64,000 bases of DNA, from contig JBNZDD010013726.1 of NCBI GenBank assembly GCA_050575255.1, positions 11,544,965 through 11,608,964 on the forward strand. Reading direction: 5' to 3'. A program made the translations under genes and the position numbers. How positions within the stretch are numbered: position 1 is the stretch's first letter; each line of letters begins with the position of its first letter. The notes beneath the pieces are model-generated. The model was not told the DNA's origin and did no database searches. It worked only from the letters and a program-made list of their open reading frames with translations. Positions 13,576 through 26,395 of this stretch are shown piece by piece. The stretch comes from Harriotta raleighana (Eukaryota).

Positions 13576-15704
13576 GTATTACTTTATCACAAAGATACTC
13601 CTGGTATCAGTGCTCCTGGGAGGAAAGTCAAGTTTCTGGAATACATTCAGGAATATCTTTCCACATATGCAAAAGAGTGGAGCGCACTGAAAGTAAATTG
13701 GAATAAGAAATAATTCATTCTGCACCCTTTTAAACTCACTGACTACCTGCACTGTATATTTTGAGGAAACAGAGTTCTCAAAATGACTTCATTAATGATC
13801 CAATTCTGTCTGCATTTAGAGAAGTTTCACCTCTTTCAAATCATTCCCAGTCAATGTAATGAGAGGCACTAACTCACTTCGAACTTTAGGACTAAAAGCT
13901 TGGCAGTTAACCCCAGCAGTTTGGGTTCCCAATATGAAGACAAATAAGTAGAACTGCATCTTATGTGGATTTTTCCATCGCTCGCAATATACAGTACATA
14001 GCTGTTTTTAAACGAAAAAACAAATGAAATGTGGGAGTGCTGAAGCTATAATTAAAAATGAGGCCTAGAAAGTTAAAAGGAGGGAACCACAGGGGTCTCA
14101 AGATTCCCTGGAATTTGTAAGTAACAGGAATAAATTACTGAAAGATCTTGAACATTAAAATTGTAAATTAAGTAAATGAACTCCCAGGCATTGGTAATTA
14201 TAAAAAGTCATTAAAACCTGATCATTATTTTAAAAAATTCCCCTGACTAAGGGTTAAAAATTCAATGCTCTTTCCTGACCCATCTACAGTAGTAACTTGA
14301 GTTGTATTGGGAAGCAATGTAGATTGATGCCCTGACCCGATGTACTGTACTATGGTGTTTGACTGAGTCAATGATTTCACCTTGCGAGAAGTTTCCGCCC
14401 TTGGCCATGTGGTCAGAAGTCAACACTTTTCACGGGGGAATGGAGAAGATTAGAGTCACCAAGGCAGTTCCATAATGCAATCTGTACAAAGAATTGGCAT
14501 ATCCCATAAGGGACAACCATATTGTCGGGTGTAGGAAGAATATTCTTGACCTTGAGAAGGTGTGGAGGCGAGAAAATAGTAAATGCGGAAAGAGCGTGAT
14601 AGGCATATGGGCTTTGTCCATCTGCTCTTCTGGATGTTAAAGATCCGGTGGCATTATTCCAGAAGGGAAGGGAGTTTCCTCTGGTTTCCTAGCCAACAGT
14701 CCTCCAAATTAGCAGTTCATTCATCACTTGACAGTTTGGGACACAATGCTGTTTCCTAATGTGCTGTCACGTTTACCTACCAGAATGGTCACTACCTTGA
14801 GAGTAAGTAAGTACCTGTAAACCCTTTGCCAAATTTTGATCCATCGTCACCGCGACAGGATTTTCCTTGGAATAAAAACGTCATATTGGGTGTTGGGAGA
14901 TTTTAACAACTGCTGTCCGAGGGAAAGTTAAAGAAGATGGATCAATTTCCTTGGGAGAGACGAGACTTCAAGGTGACTCCATTGAATTCTCTAGACAGTT
15001 TTTGCAAGTGATTCATCCGGTTTCTCTTGAAGCCATCGTTATTTTTCTCTTGAAGTTGGCAAAGGTTCACTTGTTCATGTTCTGCCCAGTGCTGACTAAA
15101 CTAATAGTGACACATAGTAAACCACCTCGTGTTGCCATTGCAACTAAGCCTACCTTGCAGTCAGGAGTCCAAGACTAGATCCTTTTACATTCCAAACAAC
15201 CTGTTTCCCCTCAAATCTAAAGAAAAGCACGATCTTTATAAGGAGTTTATAATGCACATGTCAGTTTGCCATGCTGAGGGTATCATTTAACACCAGTGCC
15301 TCTTACTCAATGGGGAAAGGGCTGAGATTTCTCATTGTGCATACACTAAAACTGCTGTTTGAAGTTGCTTGAGTTGTAATTGTACGCTTTGGGACAGATG
15401 TAACAGCCTTTTGTAGTAGTGTTGGCTGCTCAACATTCGCTTTTTAATATTCCCCTGGATCATAAAGTCCTGGATGTCTGGTTTGTAGGCCTTCATGTTC
15501 CCCTCCCAAGAAAAACAGAAAGAAAACTGAATGAGTCTACATTGTTCACAACTGATCTGCTCAGCAAGAGATGAAGGGAAGCATTTACAAGCCATAAAGA
15601 CTAGAAGTTGCCCTTTTGAAATACGCACAGTGTTGAGAGAAACATGGAGATTAAATCAAGTGGGGAGACCTAATGTGTGCATGTGTTGTAAGTGTGTATA
15701 TACA

Positions 15705-16002
15705 ATAATAACTCTTGCATTTGATATAGCACCTTATCACAATTTCTAGATATCCCAAAGTGCTTCACAGAATATAGTGTAAAGTGAATTGATTGTATAT
15801 TTTGTTGGTGAAACGCGGCAGCCAATTGTGCACCACAGCGTCCCACAAACACTCGGGGATTGAAATGACCAATTTATTCGTTTTTCGGAGTGATTATTAT
15901 CAAGCGTGTGAAGTAAGGAAAACTCCCCCAAGGTTTCACCCCGTGCCTAGAATTGAACCCAAAACTCTTGCTTCCAAGGCGAGTGCTCTAACCACTTAGC
16001 TC
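15705..16002 (-). mobile_element. Near full-length SINE, same family
   Basis: Reverse-complement tail, core and head (ggcgagtgctctaaccacttagct on +). Confidence 0.85.
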
Positions 16003-19000
16003 CCGATCACAGGCCAGGCTCACACACAGGGACTGAGTGGATCGAAGGACGCGATGAAGCCTCACTGCCAGTAACAGGCCATTGTAGCCAACTATGCAAT
16101 GGGCTGATATGTGTTGTATATTGGAGAATATAATACAACAACACACAAATAAATGGTTATTTAGCCCCTTCCTTTTCTACACTTGTATTTCCTCTCGATA
16201 CAATATAAATACCCTCAACATCAAAGGTTGATCAAAAGGTTAAGCGCTCTGAGATCCCGTCCATCTGAATATGTTTCCATTACTTGTATGATCACTGCAA
16301 ATCAAGGTTACAGCTTTTGTAGAGCTTGGCAGAATTTGGGGCCAAAAGAAACATTATGGGTGGGAATCGCACTAAACGTCAGTAGCTTAGAAAAAAGGGC
16401 TTCTCCACTGAAGCCTAAATCCAGGCATAAAATTAAACACAAGTTTCCAATTTACTTTTGTAAGCAAAGACAAAAGGCAGTGTAACTGAGCTATGTTTGT
16501 TTTAGGGCTCAGTAGCATTTGCCTGCTGGTGGGAAAAGATGCACAGGACATTTCCCAGAAGCATTGGGAGATCAGTTATCTACATTTCCAATCTGCCGAC
16601 AAAACCTTAGGAAAGTCTTATCATTTGCGTCTCCTAATGCCACAAAGGTTTAAATGATTATTTTTGGGGTCCGTTGAAACNTTATCATTTGCGTCTCCTA
16701 ATGCCACAAAGGTTTAAATGATTATTTTTGGGGTCCGTTGGTTTGAAACGTATAGGTTTGCCCTTCAATAGCCACGTGTTTCTGTTGGCATCACTGTGTG
16801 CCAGTATAAACAAGTGTGTGACACCATAAATTATATAGATGGATAAGTGACCTACATCCAAGGTAAAGCTGAGGTCTGGCAGAGGAACACGTTCTAACTG
16901 GGTTTGGTCTCATACTGACACACTTATTGTGGGCTATTACATCTGGATGTTTGGCAAGTGAAATCTAAAGGAAGTGACTGTACTGGACAGTCAGTATACA
17001 CCCACACTGCATCCACTCCAGCAGTGAGGGGCAGCGTCTCTTTTTGATCAGTATCTTCGTGTATCGCCAGACATTCAGGCTTCCTCCCATTTCTCGGGTT
17101 GAAACACAATCTTCTGTGGGAGGGATTTTACCCAGCTGGTTTGTAACCAGATCAGACGTTTTGCTTCTCGAGCTGCCCTGTTGGCAATGACTGAGGGTGA
17201 CTATTAACAAAGGCTATAAGCTCAACGGTGAGGAATGAAGCGCCGGCCATAGACAAAGTCAGTTGCGCTCTCCTCCTCCTCCTCCTCCTCTGCTGGCTGA
17301 TTGCGGAAGGCACTGATACTATCTGTAGGTCTAGTCAGTGCATTATCTACCCTTCATTTGCTTTGTTGCTCTTTTTGTTTCACCATCATTTTTTTTAATA
17401 ATAGATGAAATATCTTGGTGATATATGCTGTGCACACAGAAAGGCTTTGATCCACTCGGAGTGCCTATGATCAGCATAACGCCCCCTCCGCAGAGGTTAG
17501 GCACTGTCAGATGCAGCAACGTGAAGCTGCCTTTCCTCCGCAGTTACTGTTACTTGGCAAGTGTTTAAGAAAGTAAGGTTCCACATGTTTGACTGGTGCA
17601 TTCTCCCCACCTACAGGGAATAATGTTTGTTGAGTAAAAAGCAGGGGGGGAAAAAAGTTACAGCATGTACACGTTGAAAATACCGATTTACAAAACTCAA
17701 ACACACCAACGTTGGAATAACTCCCATCTTTTGTTTTCTCTGGTTTGGGTGATCAGGGGCTGTGTTATACTGTAATTATTATTACAAATCAGCCTACAAA
17801 CCCGCAGCCACCACACTGTATAGGAAATCCTGTGAGGTGCTTTGAGTACGCCCTCCTGACTTAAAAATGCACAACATAAAAATTAAGCGTTATTATTGTT
17901 ATTATTTTGATAGAAACCAAGTACTGTAGTAATCGCCATGAGTCTTGCCCGCTTCCTGCTCCTGTGACTGATTAATGCACTGAAGAGTTTCAGTGTGGAA
18001 ATGCCAGCAGGGTCCTGGCAATGCCTCCGTGCCCTTTGATAGCTATCCCAGGCCATCTCGCCAATCCCGCATCCTAATGCACGCTGTGGAATTTGGAGCC
18101 GGATCGCTGCCGCAAGATTCATGGGCTGGTTGTGAAGTGGATTGGGACCCAGGGGGATTGGATTTGCAGCTGTTTCCGAGAGCGAGAGGGTTCTTTTGAT
18201 TCCTCGCAGGATGCTCGGCCTTGGAACAGACTGTGAGACACGATCGCGAGAACGCTTTCAGAAACTCCCCTCTCATGCGAACTGCTCAGTTTGGCTGCAG
18301 CTTTTCTTTTGTTTTAAAAGGCTGTTTCTGTGGAGAGAGAGAGAAAAAAAAACCCCACTCCCGTGTTTGGTCAAAACATGATGAGCTCCTTGCCTTCACT
18401 TGGAAGCTTTGATCATTTCACGATGAAAAAAACAAATGTTAGCAATGGGGGGAAAAAAATAAATCTAACTACTGAGTGTTTTTTATACTCTAAAACAAGC
18501 ATTTACTGCTGGTGCAGTGCAACTGAGAGATTCTGGCAGCAGGAAAACTTGCCCCCCAAGTTACCCCAATACGGTCCCCATCCCATGGGGACCTGCACCT
18601 AATACTTCCCGGAGTGGGATAAGTGGGATGTGTCCCTCCAGGGAAAGAGAGAGAGGGTTTGATTCCATTGCAACCATCTATCCACGTGTAGTTGGGATGA
18701 ATGGAAATCTCAGTTTGGTTTGGATACTATTGAGCAGAGTGATGGGCGTCCACNGTTGGGATGAATGGAAATCTCAGTTTGGTTTGGATACTATTGAGCA
18801 GAGTGATGTGTCAGACACCCGGCTGACCAGAAAAATGGGTTATCCATGCCTTTGTTTTTCCTCTGAAGGCTAGGAAACATGCCACATTCTCGTGTGCATT
18901 CTCTCTCTCTCTCTCTCTCTCCCCCTCCACACCCCTCTCTCCCTCTCTCCCCCCTCCTCCCTCTTTTACCAGTAATTCCTCGCAGCCTGCTTTCTATTTG

Positions 19001-21121
19001 ACTACATCTGATTTTAATTTTTCTCTCTCTACAAACACCATTAAGTATACTTATTAAAAGAATCAACACAAGAATCTCCACATGCAGCTGTGTCCTGAAT
19101 AGTATCCGCCAAATAGTGGCTTTGGCTGATCTGACTACCCATTGCCCTCACCAGGGAAATCGCAGTCATGATTGTTCTGAATCCTTTGCCTAAACTTTAG
19201 TTGCATTAAAAGGGTTTTGGCATATTTGCAAAAAAAAAATGATGAACAGATTAAATGCTTATTTTAACAATGTGATGAGATTCGTCATTTAAATATGTAG
19301 CTATAGAAATGATAATCTTGTTGTTGGGAGCCCTGCTGACTTGAAAGGTGCTCTAGCAAATGCGAGGATTATATTATTAGTAGTTATAAACTCCCCGCTA
19401 ATAACATAAGTGCCATGATTGATTGATTACCCTCCCTTCAGGTGTGTGTCTGTGGGTGCCTTGCCCTAATGCTTTTCTGAAGTTATTCTATGAAATGTCC
19501 ACCTCCAATTCCCTCTCTCTCTCTCTCTCTCTGATGGAAATGTACACTGTTTTGTGTGTATTTGTCTGTGTGGGTGCTTCTCTACATTTTCTATCTGTCA
19601 CTGTGTACGCCTGGCTGTCTTTATGTGTGTGTGTGTGTGTGTAGAGCAGATATGACCCATACGTTTAATTTAATCTGTCAATAAGATTTTATACTCGAGT
19701 GTAATAATGGCTGTTAATTGTAATAGTCACACATTCCCCCGAGTCTTTCTCCTATGTGCTTCTCTTTGTTTCACTATCCCTTTTTGTGTGCAGTTTTTTT
19801 AAATTCCATTTTAATTTCAAAAACTGAAACTCTAATTTCCTCAGACTGGGTTCGGAGGTTCTCAATTGCCTTTCATGCCAATTGGAAAAAGTAAATTGGA
19901 CAATTACTGAAAATGTTTTCATTCTCCTCTTTGTAACAATGAAGTGAAATTGGCAGCGTTTTTTTTGTACAACTCATTCAATGCGATAATTACCACAAGG
20001 AAACACTACTAATTTCGAGCCCATTATTTCCACGCTTTAAGAGTCCCAACTCAAAACAGAGTCCCACGATTCTCCTTCCTCAGTTCCTTCCTTAGTAAAT
20101 AGCGCCTTGATTTGAAATACCATTATGATTCTACCCTTCACCTATAAAATACACAGTCACTACAATTTACAGTACTGTTTGCCATCCTGTGGCTCACGGC
20201 CGGAAATAACAATCATCCGTTTACTGAACGTGTACGAGTGCAAGCTGGTACACATCCTGAGTTCTATTTTCAGTCACATCCATCAAATGCAAGGATTATC
20301 ACTATAATCATATAATAATCCTTCTCATTTGCTATAGAGGCTTTTCACGTCTTCTAGACGTCTCCAAAACGCTTCACGGAATACACTGTAAAAGTGAATT
20401 CACTGTATATTTGTGGGTGAAATGCAGCAGCCAAGTGCACACAGCAGCGTTAGTCACACAAACAATGGGGATTGAAGTATTTAATATTCAATTTAATGAA
20501 CAATGAACAAAGGTTTGATTTGTCCTGGGTTAACTCTGACTGCGGTGTCTGTAAGAAAGTTTTGTTTTGCACAGAAACCTCATTCCGCCCAGATCGACAT
20601 TTTAAAACTGCTCTGTGATATCACAGCACAAACCACACGGTATTAGCTTGATATATCCTGTGTGTAGGGTTTGTTTGTGTTAACTTGTAGCTCTGTAATA
20701 TAATCACAATCTTCTAATCCAGACAGAGTTAAACAACACCACAAATATGTCAGAATTTATTAACAACACATTAAATCTCAAGTCGTTGCTAAAAACCAAC
20801 TTGCTATTTATTTCAAAGCTATGGAAGAAATTGTCGTACATCAACAATAAATTGCGTTTTACCGTTGACCCAATGACAACATGAGATACAAGCCCCGTCA
20901 GCAATCTATTAGAAATCAAGTCATTTATACTTTCCTACTCCACACAAATTGACCGCCGCTTGCGCTGCGAAATACAGTCACTTCCGTTCGAAGGAAATTC
21001 CCTGTGAAGCACTTTGAGGCGTTTTGACGATGTGATAACGTGCTGTATCGAATGCAATTAAATGCAAAGTGTTATTATCAAATGCAAGGATCAGAGTTAT
21101 TTGGTTGGGTAAGAAACAAAA

Positions 21122-21404
21122 ATAATTATCATCCTTGCATTTGATATAGCGTTTTTCACGTCTTCTAGATGTCCCAAAGTGCTTCACAGAATATACTGTA
21201 TATTGTAAAGTGAATTGACTGTATATACGTGGGCACAAACCATCGTGGATTTAAATGACCATTTATTATTGGTGTTATTGAGGGATTATTATTAGGCGTA
21301 TGGAGTAAAGAAACTGGCCCAAGGTATTGTCCTGGCCTGGGATCGAACACAGGTCTCTTGCTTGTAAAGCGAGCGCTCTAACCAGTGATCTACAGGAGCT
21401 CCAC
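21122..21404 (-). mobile_element. SINE, same family, with internal deletion
   Basis: Head (gcgagcgctctaaccagtgatctacaggagctcca on +) and tail are present, but part of the core is missing. Confidence 0.83.
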
Positions 21405-23629
21405 GGGGTAAAACTAGCTGAAGGAAGGGAGGAAGGCCATCACATTCTTTGTGGCCTTTCAGACTATCCACATTTATCTCTGGAGGGTGGCTATATCCGC
21501 TCCGGTGATCCCAAACGCTGGAGTAGTGCTTCTCAGCGGGCCGTCCCCTCACGGGTCCCATCCCATGGGAAGGGGAGGCTGGTGTGGCAATTCCCATCTT
21601 TAGTTCAGTTCAGCCCATGAAGGTGTTGAAGACTGGAATCGTGTGGGGCCCAGGGTGGGGGCATTGGCATGTTGTGGTGGGACTTGTTGTGAGCTGAGCG
21701 ATGTCTGTTACCCAGACAACCATCTAACCCCCACCTCTCTCCTCTCTCTCCCCCCCCCCACCCCCCACTTGATAAGCAAAACAGGAATAGATCTGCCTTT
21801 CATTCTAGCCCAACACTAATCCTGGGGTAAACCTCCTCAGCACAATTTATGTTCTGCTCTGGAATATCCAGGAAAAGCTGTAAGCACTTCTGAGTATTAA
21901 CAGAGTTCCACTGTATATTTATAGTTTTTTTTCAGTGTTTAAAGTTAAGGTTTGATCTTCTCCCCACACATCCCAAGGGAGTTAGCCATCTGCTGGGATA
22001 ACATTTTAACCCTATTCTTGTCGCTCCTTTTCTTTTTAACCAATAAATCTTGGCAGCGACTGAAATGAAGCCGGGGAGCGAAGCAAATAAACCACAACTG
22101 TTCCCAATTTTCTTGCTGGAAAAGCGCACGTAATTGCAGATTAGGGATTGGGATCAACCGAATGGTGTTTTAATGAGGATTTTTCAATCGGCTGCTGTTT
22201 GATCAGGGTTTGCTGTAAGTGGGCCTCAGACTTCAATTTCCAGCCTTCTACTTAGGATTTGTTTAAAAGCTGAAGCACTTGAACTGTGGGGCGCCCTGCT
22301 TTATAATTAGTCTAATGGGAATATCTTCTGTGAGTAGTAAGGCTTGATAGTAACCAGTATTTGTTTTACCATGTTTTACTGCACTCAAGCCTCTGGCCTC
22401 TATACACCAACATTATGCCTCTGCAGGTGAACAAATATCTTGTTTGTTTTTCCACGACTTTTAACACCATTTGTCAAATTAGAACCACACAAAGCAGTAT
22501 GATAAGTATGATATAAACTACAGCCTTTGGTGATACAGTTGCTGGCACCAATAAATGGATTATTCTCATACTTTTCATTGGCGTCTGCACAATTGAGGGC
22601 AATCTATAATTCCTCAGTGATGAGTTCGCGTGTACGCGCACAGACACACATCACACATAAACACCGAACTGTGAGCATGGATCCATTCCTTTCTAACCCG
22701 GCAGGCTTTTCAGTTTGCGGCGTTGTATTGAAGAAAACAACGACGTTTTTTTTTAATTTTTTTTTAAAACATCAAAAAAAAGTAGCTGAAATTGGAAGAA
22801 AACTGATTGCGATACAATGTGATCTGGATTCTCTTTATAGTGAACACGTAAAGTTGTTTGTGTCTATGGGCCAAACACTTAGCCCATGAACAGGCAGGAA
22901 ATATAGTCTCTGTCGCACGACAGCGACGACTACACATTCACCATTACATGTAAAGAAAAAAAAATCTCCGAAATCTGGCAGAAGGAAAGTAAAGTGTTGA
23001 GTTAGTGAATCCCGGTTTCTCGCTGTGTATTCCAAGAACACGTGTGGCAGTCCATACTATGGCTCTTTTATATTGGTAAGTGGAAGCCAAATCACTGAAG
23101 TTTTAACAGTTTCAGTGACAGGAAAATTTTGTCCATTCGAAATAGTCCAGATCCACCCTTATAGTGTGGTTAACTAATTCCAATGGATTTCATGTATCGA
23201 CGCTACCACATTAGGGAACCCTGCCTCCAATAACAGCATGAATTACAGCTGTATATTGGCCTTTTAATTGTCCAAACTGATTTGGTAATGGGAGTACACA
23301 CTGAGCCCCACCTGGAAACCCCATCCTTTAAGGAATAAACATGAACAAAGCTTTGCAGGCAAGTTCCAGGCTGTCAAAATGCTGTCACAGGTTTACAACT
23401 GGAAAGCTGGCCTCTTCTTCCTTCCTTTCCCTTTGGTGCCCTCCACTGCCTGCTGTACCCTGTGCATGCTCTGAGCAAGCTCTGGACCTGGTTTTACAGA
23501 GGCCAGTAAATTTGGGAGCGGGAACAACAATGCCATGGACTTTTGCAATGTGTTTGGAGGCGGCTGAAGCGCTGTCGGATTTTGGTAAGAGCTGGGTTTA
23601 ATTTGCTGTGTTTTGATTCGCGTCCACAG

Positions 23630-23998
23630 AATCTCAGGAATTTTAACAGCCTCAGCTCTTTGGGCAGTGCTGGGGACGACTGCTGCCAGCAGCTAGGACA
23701 GCCTGCGTCTCGGAGCGTGACCGCAACAAAGAAACGCACTCCGTCACTTTGTGACTCTGCTCCGATGCCAGCCACCACCCCTGCCTGCAGCCCAGAACCA
23801 CGGCCTGCCCAAAACACAGGCGAGCTGGCCACGTGCCTGAGGAAAACCAGCGGGGAGGAAGGCAAAGGCTTCGGAGCCGTGAAGGAAAGCTGTCAGAGTG
23901 AGGAGAACGAGAAGGACACGTGGGGGAAGGGGGAAGGAGGACAGGATATATTTCAGCTGGGCGGCGAACTGGATATCGAACAGATTGAAAACAACTGA
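23630..23998 (+). CDS. FAM53B: FAM53B terminal coding exon (NLRNFNSLSSL...GELDIEQIENN*)
   Basis: Acceptor ccacag ends at 23629. Phase 0 matches the upstream exon ending KMTQ. Ends in the FAM53 C-terminal motif ELDIEQIENN followed by TGA. Confidence 0.95.
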   Translation, partial: NLRNFNSLSSLGSAGDDCCQQLGQPASRSVTATKKRTPSLCDSAPMPATTPACSPEPRPAQNTGELATCLRKTSGEEGKGFGAVKESCQSEENEKDTWGKGEGGQDIFQLGGELDIEQIENN

Positions 23999-26188
23999 AG
24001 ATGTTTCCAGTTTCGAGTGCGCCCGGGGCGGGGAGGGGGAGTGCGATGGGTCAGCAGAAGAGATTGGTGAAATTCTGCACAGTTCCCACGCGTTGTCTTC
24101 TCTGTAGAGCTTTGATATGCAAATCGCTCTATAAAAAGCATGTCAATTCAGTACAACTCCATAACTAGAACTGATTTGCCAAGCGAGGATCAGTGGAGGC
24201 TGGAGGGGGGGGGGGTGTGGGGAGGGGGTGAGGGGTGCAAAGCAACAAGGAGAGCGGTGGCAATTTACAGTTGTTGTTTTTAACCCTACTCATTAACTAC
24301 TCAGAATTGCCCAAGGCAGTCAGTCTCCATTTTGAAGCCGTCCTGAGGAAACAAAAGCGTGGGCTCTTTTCCCCTTTATGTACGTTTTATACCAGCTTTG
24401 ATGATCATAGTAGTTTTATATGTCTAAGTTGTTTTGATCCAGTGTAAATGTGGTTTATAACTCCGATCTTGTCATTGAAAATCATCCCCCAAAATCCGTA
24501 AAGATGAATGTTTGACCAGAATGCCAACTTTCCTACTGAAGGACTGATTGAACTCTGTTGATTTGAGCCCACAAAGGGAAATCTCTTCACGTTGATAAGC
24601 TTTACAGTGTTTTTTAAAAATATATTCGTATTATGATTAGCTTCTGATTTACCTTTCAAAGAAAACTCAAATTATGATTTAAGTTTTAATGTTTTCTTCC
24701 CAATACAAAACGTTGCCTTCAAAACTCTGTCGTTTTTTTTAAAAAGATCCCCTAAACTATCAGCAATGGGGTTAGCGACCCCAGTCAGCTCTAGGTTTCT
24801 TTGCTGCTGATTCAGTTCAGTAGGTTTGGAATCCATATGTCTGAACTCCCATGACCTGATATCATCCTGAGGTGTTCAGGAGGATTGGAGGCTGTGGGTG
24901 GTGGGGTGGGGGGGTGGTGGGTGCACAACAGCAGCCAAGTCACACGATATTGAGAAAGAGAGAGAGAGAGAACGATAATCAGGTGTTCACATGCGGGGAG
25001 CAGATGGTGAGGCTACCCTTAAAAATCATAAAAGTAGCAGAAATTTGTCTGGCAATTGTAAGATGGAGGAGAGTTCATTCCTGCCCAAATCAAGAGAGTT
25101 GGCATCTCTGGCGTTAAACAGTACTAGGTTTCCAGTATCTGTGTGTGTGCGTGTGTGTGTGAGTGAGCGCATGTGTGTGTCTACTGTAGGCTCAGGGTGT
25201 CCGTAACTGGACTTGTTGAAAAAAGGAAAACAAAACAAGTCACCTTTTTAAAAAAATTATAATTGTCCCCTGTCCCAAGACGTGAGTTATTTTCTACTGC
25301 AAGCGCTATTTTCTTCTGCTTGCGTGCAACAAAAAACTATCTACAACCTCATTCTTTGCAATAAGCTGAAAAGGGAATTTTGTCAGAACCACAAAGCTGT
25401 TCGAAAGATGCAAACAGGTAGGGCTCGCGAGAGAGAGAGAGAGTATCGGAAGTGTGGTGGGAACAAGTCACGTAGGGGGGAAAGTCATTCTTAAGAGTGG
25501 ACATTGTTGGGTTTAGGTATTGCAGATACTGGAAAGTCAGGAATTCCCGCGAAAAGGCACAGCCTTGAGCATTTTAAACATTTATTTTCCCCAAATGCAG
25601 ACCAAGCAATATTTTATGCCTGTACAGTACATATTACTACCTGAATGCGGTAGCGGAACAAGGTGGGAACAAAATGCTTTGTTTATAACGGTTTGAAGGC
25701 CTCTGCGACTCGCGAAATGCTGTCGTGATGTGGAACGGGACGTCGCCGAACGATTTTGGGACCACACAAAATCTAGTGGCTGAAGAAGACTTGCCTTTCG
25801 TACCATCGGTAGCAGCAATAACACAGCACTGCAAAACCTGTCTGCCTTACTCTCGAAGCTTACACAGCGGAACGCTGCAGTTATATGTGGCGAGTCTTTT
25901 TAACTCCAAAAACAATACAGGTATATCTCGCGGAAACTCACGCTACGTCTGTCAGTCTGGAAGCGTGTTTAGCTCCAACAGAGAGTGCTTAACGCCGGCA
26001 GTGACAGCACGCGGGTGATAGGGACTGAAATGAACTGGAGAGCACGACTGTGTTTCGGAACGTTTTGTGATACCTAGAAACGAGGAGGATTCTAAAAAAA
26101 AATACAATGCGTTATTGTAAGTCAGCAAATCTGATTGTTTTAAAAAGGATTATCACTTCCTGTCTTATATAGGCTGTTCTCGACTTTC

Positions 26189-26194
26189 AATAAA
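26189..26194 (+). terminator. Candidate FAM53B polyadenylation signal AATAAA
   Basis: First canonical AATAAA I see after the stop, followed by CA and a GT/T-rich tract (ggttttgttctctgtttctc). The ~2.2 kb between the stop and this site lacks recognisable SINEs, as expected for a 3'UTR. Confidence 0.55.
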
Positions 26195-26243
26195 AGTGAG
26201 GCAAAACAGGTTTTGTTCTCTGTTTCTCAGGTTACTGTTTGTG

Positions 26244-26395
26244 CACACACACATACTCACACATGCACACTCACTCACACACACNTGTTCTCTGTTTCTC
26301 AGGTTACTGTTTGTGCACACACACATACTCACACACACACACATACACACACATGCATACTCACTCACACACAGACATACACACACACACTCACT
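26244..26395. repeat. Imperfect (CA)n microsatellite region
   Basis: Directly visible; partly duplicated around single-N joins. Confidence 0.9.
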
